NCBI GenBank assembly: GCA_005191425.1
Contig: SUPR01000051.1
Location: forward strand, 1 to 24,331
Source: Candidatus Helarchaeota ASGARD archaeon Hel_GB_B
GTDB lineage: Archaea; Asgardarchaeota; Lokiarchaeia; Helarchaeales; HEL-GB-B
Direction of reading: 5' to 3'
DNA: 24,331 nt
Under the pieces are notes generated by a model that was given only the letters and a program-made list of their open reading frames with translations, searched no databases and was not told the origin of the DNA. The translations under genes were made by a program, and so were the position numbers. Positions 17,542 through 24,331 of this stretch are shown in pieces. The number at the start of each line of letters is the position of its first letter. The first letter of the stretch is position 1.

Positions 17542-19776
17542 TTGATGAAATTAGATCAATATTTCAAATTAGAAAAAAAAATTATAAATAATAATGAAGG
17601 TTCACATTCAGTAAGTTATTTATTATGCGAATGTTTGGGGTGTAATTATTTAATAGAGGAGAAACCATTATTTGAAAATCAGAATTGTCTAAGCCATATT
17701 TTTAAAATTTTAAAATCAGTCGATGACAAAAAATTTAATGAAATACATATCTCTACACCTCTCAAACACTATATTATAAATAAAGATCAAGTTAAAATCT
17801 TAAAGGATTTCTCTGATCATGTTAATAAATTAACTTTAAATGTTGAAAATAAAAATAATTTAATTTCTAATTTTGAGTGTAATGAATTTAAAAACTGTAA
17901 AAAGAAAATAACAACTTTTATAAAATACGTGATTGGGCAGAATACCGATAACGGAATTTTATTTAAGACTCCAATTTATTCTTATAAGGAAATTAAATTA
18001 GAATTATCATTATATTCAGACGAAAATATAGAATATAAATGTCAAAAATGTCTTAAAGAATACATTAAACTTTTAAAATCAATATTAGACGATTTAGAAG
18101 ATACAACTTTTATTAAAAAATATATGGAGCTCAGTCCAAAAATAAAAAAAATGTCCGAGGCTGAAATCATTAACCATATTATAGGGCATTTAAATGTTTC
18201 TTTAGATGAAAGTTCGTTAAACAATAAAATTAAAAACGCAACAGGAATTTTGGAAAAATACACATTGGGCCCATTTAATATTACTTTATATGAATCTGAT
18301 GAGTTTATCGAAAATTTATATCAAATAGATTGGGCATATATTAGTGATGAATTAAAAATAATTTCAAACTGGGTATTAAATGAATTAAATAAATGGGAAA
18401 TTAATGAATTTAATAAACGATTCTTAAAATTTGATGAATTATTAGAATTAAAAATAAATAGAATAAAAAAGATATTAGCGGAAAATTCAATTAATATTGA
18501 CCCACTTAACGAAAATAAATTTATTTATCAAATAGTTTTCAAATCTGTTGGTTTTCCATTATTATTTGCTTTTTTAATTGACGATAAAATTGAAGAAATT
18601 TTCTTAGATAGACTAAATAGTCCTATCTATTTAGACCATAGAGAATTTGGTAGGTGTAGGTCTAATGTCTATATCTCTAAAGATGATCTTCAAAAATTTA
18701 TTACCAGAGTAAGAATGGACAGTAATTTACAATTTGATGAAATGAACCCATCTATAAAAGCTGATATTATCACTAAATTTTTCCAGATAAGAGTTACAAT
18801 AATCCAGAAACCTTTATCATCGGACGATATTATAGTTATTATTAGAAAAATCAGAAAGAAAATATATTCAATTTTAGAGTTGATTGATAATGGGACAATT
18901 TCAATCGAGGCTGCCTCTTATTTAATTTTTAATTTATTCCATAAAAGAAATATTGTGGTAATCGGAGCTCCTGGCTCTGGTAAAACTACCTTGATCAATT
19001 CTTTAGACATATTAACGCCTGACCACTGGAGAAAAATATATATCGAAGATGTTATCGAAAGTATTGACCAAAAAGACATATCTAAGCACCAAATCCGGAT
19101 CTCTACTAAAAATTTTGCAGGTGATTTAAAAAATAATACTTCAAAAGCCTTTCAAGTCCGTGAATCGCTCCATCGTACTCCTGATATGATATATCTTGGA
19201 GAAATGATATCTAAAAATTCAATTTCCGCTTTTTTTTTCTTATTGAAGGTAGGTCTTAGATGTGGCCTATGTACAAGTCATGGGGAAGATCCTGAACTTA
19301 TGATTAAGCGCTGGATGATTGAAGATGGTATTTCAATAAATTCAGTTCAAGACATTGATATTATTGTCCAAATTTCTAAAATCAACGATGTTAACCAAAT
19401 TAAAAGAAGAGTTATTAGAATATCCGAAATAAAATTTGATGATACTAATAATTTTAAGTTGGTTGATATATTCAAAAGAAACTCGAAATTAGATATATTA
19501 AACATGACTTTTAGCTCATGGAATGAAGTATATGAACAATCTCCAGTAATACAAAAAATTCATAATTCAGGAGTTGAAGATTTAGATTTTACCGTATTTA
19601 ATACCGAATTAAATATATTAAAAAACATTATTTCCCATTTACTTGAAAATCATAAATTAAATAATAAAACTATTAATTTTTATATAAACAAATACTGGCA
19701 ATTATACAAAAAAATAGGAATTTCTGACCCAATGGAAGTTTTATCATTACTTTTTCCGAAAATCCATTCAAAATAA
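17542..19776 (+). CDS. Type II/IV secretion / type IV filament assembly ATPase (VirB11/TadA/ArlI-like) with long Cys-containing N-terminus
   Basis: IEEIFLD, Walker A GAPGSGKTT, Asp box IEDVIE, Walker B region RTPDMIYLGE and His-box-like GLCTSHG. Confidence 0.88.
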   Translation: MMKLDQYFKLEKKIINNNEGSHSVSYLLCECLGCNYLIEEKPLFENQNCLSHIFKILKSVDDKKFNEIHISTPLKHYIINKDQVKILKDFSDHVNKLTLNVENKNNLISNFECNEFKNCKKKITTFIKYVIGQNTDNGILFKTPIYSYKEIKLELSLYSDENIEYKCQKCLKEYIKLLKSILDDLEDTTFIKKYMELSPKIKKMSEAEIINHIIGHLNVSLDESSLNNKIKNATGILEKYTLGPFNITLYESDEFIENLYQIDWAYISDELKIISNWVLNELNKWEINEFNKRFLKFDELLELKINRIKKILAENSINIDPLNENKFIYQIVFKSVGFPLLFAFLIDDKIEEIFLDRLNSPIYLDHREFGRCRSNVYISKDDLQKFITRVRMDSNLQFDEMNPSIKADIITKFFQIRVTIIQKPLSSDDIIVIIRKIRKKIYSILELIDNGTISIEAASYLIFNLFHKRNIVVIGAPGSGKTTLINSLDILTPDHWRKIYIEDVIESIDQKDISKHQIRISTKNFAGDLKNNTSKAFQVRESLHRTPDMIYLGEMISKNSISAFFFLLKVGLRCGLCTSHGEDPELMIKRWMIEDGISINSVQDIDIIVQISKINDVNQIKRRVIRISEIKFDDTNNFKLVDIFKRNSKLDILNMTFSSWNEVYEQSPVIQKIHNSGVEDLDFTVFNTELNILKNIISHLLENHKLNNKTINFYINKYWQLYKKIGISDPMEVLSLLFPKIHSK

Positions 19777-19777
19777 G

Positions 19778-21289
19778 GTGATATTTATTAATTGGATAAT
19801 AAAAATGTACAAATTTTCTGGAAAAATTTCTATATTAAAAAGAATTGGGTCAAAATTTAATTCTAAGAAACTAATAGAAGCCATTCGATTTTTCAATTAT
19901 TATAATAATTTTCAAATAATGATTACTAATGGAGATATTGGTGCCACAACCTTATTATCCTTTTTACTAACGTTTATTATAGTAAATTTGATTCTGATTC
20001 CGTTCAATTTATCCTTGTCAATGTTGATTGCACTTTTTCTTGCTGTAATTGTTTCAAGAAAATTATATTATTTCATAATTAATGATTATAAATTTCAATA
20101 CCTTAATTCTTTACAATATTTAGACTTAATTTATCAAGATTTTCTTGTAATCAAAAATTCTACACAATCAATTTTTGACGCAATCGAATTTATTGCCAAT
20201 TCAAATTATCCAATAATTTCTAAAAATTTTCAGGATATGATTTTTCAAATTAATAATGGGATTCCTCCTGAAGAAGTCCTATTTAATTATATAAATTCTG
20301 TATCTCATCAGACATTTAAAGAAAGAATGCTTAATCTACTAAGTTATGATATGAAGACCAAAGATAAAATATTAATAAATCAAGATTTTTCATTAGAATT
20401 AACTTCAAAGTATCAAGAATATACAAAACAATTGGATACAAGAATAACAATTTTAATAAGTGTCAATATATTTCTCCCGATTTTAACTATTACTTTATTT
20501 TCTTTTTATTTTCTTATAAACAATTATTTAATTTTAATATTATTACCATTTCATGTGTTTTTGCTCTTGATAATGAAAAAATCATTATTGAAAAAAGAAT
20601 TTTTCATTTTAGGCGCAGATGATATTTCCTCAAAAGAATTTGATGAATTATTAATTTTACTCACTCTTACAGCAAATTACCTTATTATGAATAATTCCCC
20701 TGAAATATCTTTATTGAAAGCGATTAATAAATATAATGGGAATATTAAGAACAAATTAAATCTAATTGCATCGGAGTTAATATTTAAGAATCAATCAATT
20801 GACATTATTTGGGACAATCTTGCTGGAAGCTTTCAAAATGACCAGTCTAAAATTTTGTTAAAATTAATAAAGAGGATGATAACTAAAAGTGCCTATGAAA
20901 CCGGAAAAAGATTGAAAAATATAATTGAAAATATTAATCTTAATAAAAAAATTATAAGAAAAAGAACAGTCCTCTTAAAATCACAGCAATTTAAAGTCAT
21001 AATACTTCTTTTTGTCCTTAGTGCATTAATGGGATTAATGACTAATATTATACCATTCTTTAGCCAATTTTTTCAAGTAATTTACAGTGGAAATTCATAT
21101 CAATCAATCAGTTTAAATTATAATATTATGAATATTTTGCCTAATTTAATAACTTTTGGCTTAATTCTTTTTATAACATCAATAACCATTACCCACGCGA
21201 TTAAATTGAAAAATTTTATTTTCATTTCGATTTTCTATCTTTTTATTTACCTGATAATTGTTTATTTAACGTCATATTTTTTCTTTTAA
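19778..21289 (+). CDS. Type IV filament membrane platform protein (T2SS-F/TadC/ArlJ-like)
   Basis: Directly follows the ATPase and has several TM segments alternating with two cytoplasmic units (SIFDAIEFIA...ISKNFQDMIFQINNGIPPEEVL and SPEISLLKAI...KLNLIASEL), the repeated T2SS-F architecture. The start may be ATG 19805. Confidence 0.8.
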   Translation: MIFINWIIKMYKFSGKISILKRIGSKFNSKKLIEAIRFFNYYNNFQIMITNGDIGATTLLSFLLTFIIVNLILIPFNLSLSMLIALFLAVIVSRKLYYFIINDYKFQYLNSLQYLDLIYQDFLVIKNSTQSIFDAIEFIANSNYPIISKNFQDMIFQINNGIPPEEVLFNYINSVSHQTFKERMLNLLSYDMKTKDKILINQDFSLELTSKYQEYTKQLDTRITILISVNIFLPILTITLFSFYFLINNYLILILLPFHVFLLLIMKKSLLKKEFFILGADDISSKEFDELLILLTLTANYLIMNNSPEISLLKAINKYNGNIKNKLNLIASELIFKNQSIDIIWDNLAGSFQNDQSKILLKLIKRMITKSAYETGKRLKNIIENINLNKKIIRKRTVLLKSQQFKVIILLFVLSALMGLMTNIIPFFSQFFQVIYSGNSYQSISLNYNIMNILPNLITFGLILFITSITITHAIKLKNFIFISIFYLFIYLIIVYLTSYFFF

Positions 21290-21455
21290 ATGATTTAATT
21301 GACATGATTTAATTTTCTGAAAATATAATCTAAAGAAGAATAATTTTCTAATAAGAAAAAATGCTTGTAAATAGATATGAAAATTAGATAGAACATAAAT
21401 AAATATAAATTGACTGGGTTTTTGAATAAATTTTTAAAAGTGATTATTAATTCTT

Positions 21456-22346
21456 TTATTCTTCTTCTTCTTTTGCAACTGTTTGAGACCATTCTTCGAT
21501 GGCGTGTCTAATTATACTTATTATATTTTCGTGGAATGTAGGATTAATAGCTACCATTTCGTATGTGGGGATACCCAGTAAACGTTCAATTAATTTTGGC
21601 TTCATAGCCCGGGGCAAATCTTGTTTATTTGCAAGACAATACGTTAAAATATTAGTTTTTCTTGATTTTATGACTTTTAAATATACTTTTTTAGTGGAAA
21701 CAACATTTTCAACTGTTGAATCGGTCACCAACAAAACAATATTCGTACCTCTTAATAGAAAAGTCCAAAGAGGTGTATATCGTTCTTGTCCTGCGAAGTC
21801 CCAAATAATTATTTCATAACGAGAACTTAATCCATCTAACCTTTTAACATCAATAGCGATTGTGGGGTTATATTCTATAGGGATATCTGACCCTCTCATC
21901 AAATTTAATAATGTGGTCTTTCCAACGCCACCAAACCCTACAAGTGCAATTTTTATAATTCCCATTAATATTTTTTCTAACACTTGAGTGTAAGGTTCAA
22001 AGACTGTAGGGTTTCCATCCCATGTAGCCAGTTTAATATAAAAATCTTCTATAAATGAATCTCTTGCCCTTTTTAACCTTTCTCTAAGACCAAGTTCATC
22101 ATCTTCTAAATCTGCACAAAATACAAAAATCAGGCCTTTACTCCCTGTATAAACAAATTTTAATCTACCTGATGCTACTGACTTAATTTCTCCCTCATTC
22201 ATTGCACCTGAAAATGAACTAATTGCACTCAAGAAGACTGAAACAAGGCTTTCATCTACTTTTATAGCCCCATAACTCTTATGATATATTATTTTTCCAT
22301 CGCTGCCCCGTATAACATATATATGGTGGATCAAGGCTTTATTCAC
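21456..22346 (-). CDS. Longin-domain / small Ras-like GTPase fusion protein
   Basis: N-terminal longin pattern (IHHIYVI...GKIIYHKSYG...DESLVSVFLSAISSFS...LIFVFCAD). C-terminal GTPase with GFGGVGKTT, YNPTI, WDFAGQERY and NKQD. The likely start is TTG 22334, behind the GGTGA that overlaps the called GTG. Confidence 0.9.
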   Translation of the reverse strand: MNKALIHHIYVIRGSDGKIIYHKSYGAIKVDESLVSVFLSAISSFSGAMNEGEIKSVASGRLKFVYTGSKGLIFVFCADLEDDELGLRERLKRARDSFIEDFYIKLATWDGNPTVFEPYTQVLEKILMGIIKIALVGFGGVGKTTLLNLMRGSDIPIEYNPTIAIDVKRLDGLSSRYEIIIWDFAGQERYTPLWTFLLRGTNIVLLVTDSTVENVVSTKKVYLKVIKSRKTNILTYCLANKQDLPRAMKPKLIERLLGIPTYEMVAINPTFHENIISIIRHAIEEWSQTVAKEEEE

Positions 22347-23178
22347 CTATGAAATGTTTTATAAAATATTTATAATACAAATATTTCAATTTCTTAGCTT
22401 TTGTATTTTTTTGTATTATCTTCTTATCACACATTTTTAAATCTATCTTATAAATGATATTAAATTTTATGACTCTTATAAAATGAATAAATGTTGAATC
22501 AAGTTAGATAAAATGAATTTTAGGTACAAAAAAGAAATTTTTAGTTAAAATTATTTTTTTATTAAATTCTACTTATTTAAAAATTTTAATGTTAATTAGT
22601 TATATATTCTGCTATACAAATTTTATGTAATTTATTTTTAAACTGATAATTTTTAGCTATATTTGTCATGAATAAACTATTTTGGTTATAATTTTTAAAT
22701 TAAAGGTAATTATATCTAAAAACATTATGATTAATACTATTCAGTTTTTAAGCTATTTTTAATAATTTATGATAATTTTTAAAAAAATCCATTTAGATTT
22801 AAAACTTTCAAATTTTTTTGATAAAATAACAGCTAGTCATACTGAGTCAAAAAGAAATTTAGGTATTTATTAGCAAATTTTAACTATATTCTAAATGTAA
22901 AAAACTCTATTATAATAAATAATTATGATATACCGTGATTAATACTATTTCTCTTTAAAATTAAATAAAAAATTTCCTATAAATTATCCTTTCTTAGATT
23001 AATCGTATCAATGATTTCAATTTTAACAATAATTTTAGAATTTTTATTTAAAATAATCGACATTCTCCCCTTATATCAATACGTTCAATTAAGTAGAATT
23101 AAACATCCATTCGAAAGTAATTATGTTTCAATTAAATGCATTAAACTGGTCTGAAAATTATTATTAGGATTCATTTAT

Positions 23179-24255
23179 GTGATTATTAATAAAAAAAAGA
23201 GATTTGTTAAAATGAAAAAGGGGCAACATTCTGAAAGTATTACAAACTGTGACCATGAATTAATATTGGATGAGTGTAGAGGTGATTATATTTGTTCAAA
23301 ATGTGGACTTGTTATAGAACGATATTATGTAATTTCAAGGTATCAAATGGAAAATACAAATGATGTGCCGGTATCGAGCTCATCACGATTTGTAGCATTA
23401 GGTGAACGCCCGAATATGGTCGATGGTCTTGGCAGTTATATTGGGTTTCAATATTCAAGCAGTTTTACTGATAGATATGGAAATAAATTATCACCAAATA
23501 AACAAATTTTGTTCAAACGTCTGAAATATAGGTATGATTTACGTTCAAAAATTGTAAAAAATGAAACAGATTATCGGATTCTAAATATATTAAATAGAGT
23601 CATTAACAAATTAAATTTATCAAATAGTATTCGGGATCGAGCCGCATATTATTACAAAAAGATCAGTAAAGAGACAAATAAAGAAGATATTACAAACCAC
23701 GTTGTCTTAATAGCTCTATGTATATTTTTGTCCATTAGGGAGTATAATGCGAATGCACCCATTACTATCCAAGAATTAGCAAAAACTTTTAAGGAATTTA
23801 ATTATAGAGTATCTGCAAGATCAATAATAAGAGAAGCAATTAAAGTTAAGCCACATTTCAGGGATTTGATAAATCATAAAGCAAGTAAAAGTGAAAACTA
23901 CATAGAAAGAGTGATTTCGGGCATCATGAATTCAAATATAGTAATCGATAGGTTGTTAAAAAATAATATTGATTTAAATGAATATTCAAATTATTTAAAA
24001 AATAAAAGTAGGGAATTATTGAGTTCAATCAATTTACAAGAACGCGGTGGAAGAAATCCTTATATTTTTGCGGTTGCTATTGTTTATACTGCTGCTCAAA
24101 TTAAACGAAAACTTGATAAAAAAACCATATTAACTCAAAAAATTCTGGCAAATATAACCAATTGTGCAGAATATTCGATAAGAGATCACTATAAATTTAT
24201 TAGGCTAATTATCATTTCTAAATTTCAATCAATAAAGACTGAGCGGTGTCATTAG
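23179..24255 (+). CDS. tfb: Divergent transcription initiation factor IIB (TFB) family paralog
   Basis: Zinc ribbon (CDH...GDYICSKCGLVI), two cyclin repeats (LNLSNSIRDRAAYYYKKI; GGRNPYIFAVAIVY) and a C-terminal HTH (TQKILA...EYSIRDHYK). The start may be ATG 23212. Confidence 0.88.
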   Translation: MIINKKKRFVKMKKGQHSESITNCDHELILDECRGDYICSKCGLVIERYYVISRYQMENTNDVPVSSSSRFVALGERPNMVDGLGSYIGFQYSSSFTDRYGNKLSPNKQILFKRLKYRYDLRSKIVKNETDYRILNILNRVINKLNLSNSIRDRAAYYYKKISKETNKEDITNHVVLIALCIFLSIREYNANAPITIQELAKTFKEFNYRVSARSIIREAIKVKPHFRDLINHKASKSENYIERVISGIMNSNIVIDRLLKNNIDLNEYSNYLKNKSRELLSSINLQERGGRNPYIFAVAIVYTAAQIKRKLDKKTILTQKILANITNCAEYSIRDHYKFIRLIIISKFQSIKTERCH

Positions 24256-24331
24256 AAAGGATTACTCTTTCCTCCTTATTATAAGAAAGCCTTTTTAGAG
24301 CGTAGAGCAGATATTTTCATTGAATCCATCA

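Noticed and set aside
21295-21492. 65-aa minus-strand ORF
   Set aside because: It overlaps the GTPase 3' end, has low-complexity F/I/L/K composition and lies in a convergent terminator gap.
1343-21819. Antisense ORFs 1343..1561, 5537..5755, 6722..6928, 7259..7462, 7469..7900, 9511..9864, 14126..14434, 16940..17242, 18042..18263 and 21499..21819
   Set aside because: They are shadows on the opposite strand of well-supported genes and carry no recognisable motifs.
1-24331. tRNA, rRNA, CRISPR array or defence system
   Set aside because: I saw no GC-rich cloverleaf or rRNA-like segment, no regularly spaced repeat-spacer array and no cas or defence-type ORFs.

Overview
A very AT-rich archaeal window, most likely Asgard (Loki/Helarchaeales-like). 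This is inferred from the unsplit RpoB, roadblock, longin and small-GTPase genes, a Urm1/SAMP-type modifier and S17e. Gene order: 5'-partial surface protein (propeller repeat, six Ig-like repeats, FN3-like domain, TM anchor); two divergent transposase remnants; rpoB; rfcS; AIR-synthase/HypE-like gene; C-terminally truncated cdc6 with a wHTH gene behind a 26-bp direct repeat; tandem-roadblock / possible DENN-like / MglA-like GTPase cluster; two membrane proteins; urm1-like and rps17e; type IV-filament ATPase with TadC/ArlJ-like platform; longin-GTPase fusion; divergent TFB. The main result is in rfcS. The gene really starts at ATG 8362, and its conserved WVEKYRP-x-TL motif is interrupted by a 30-nt stop-containing insert. 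The insert folds with the exons into a canonical bulge-helix-bulge (BHB) motif. Standard EndA cleavage geometry removes exactly 8417-8446 and restores KYRPRTLSEIINQ. This is a candidate tRNA-type intron in an essential protein-coding gene. All calls are from reading the sequence by eye; no searches or folding programs were run.
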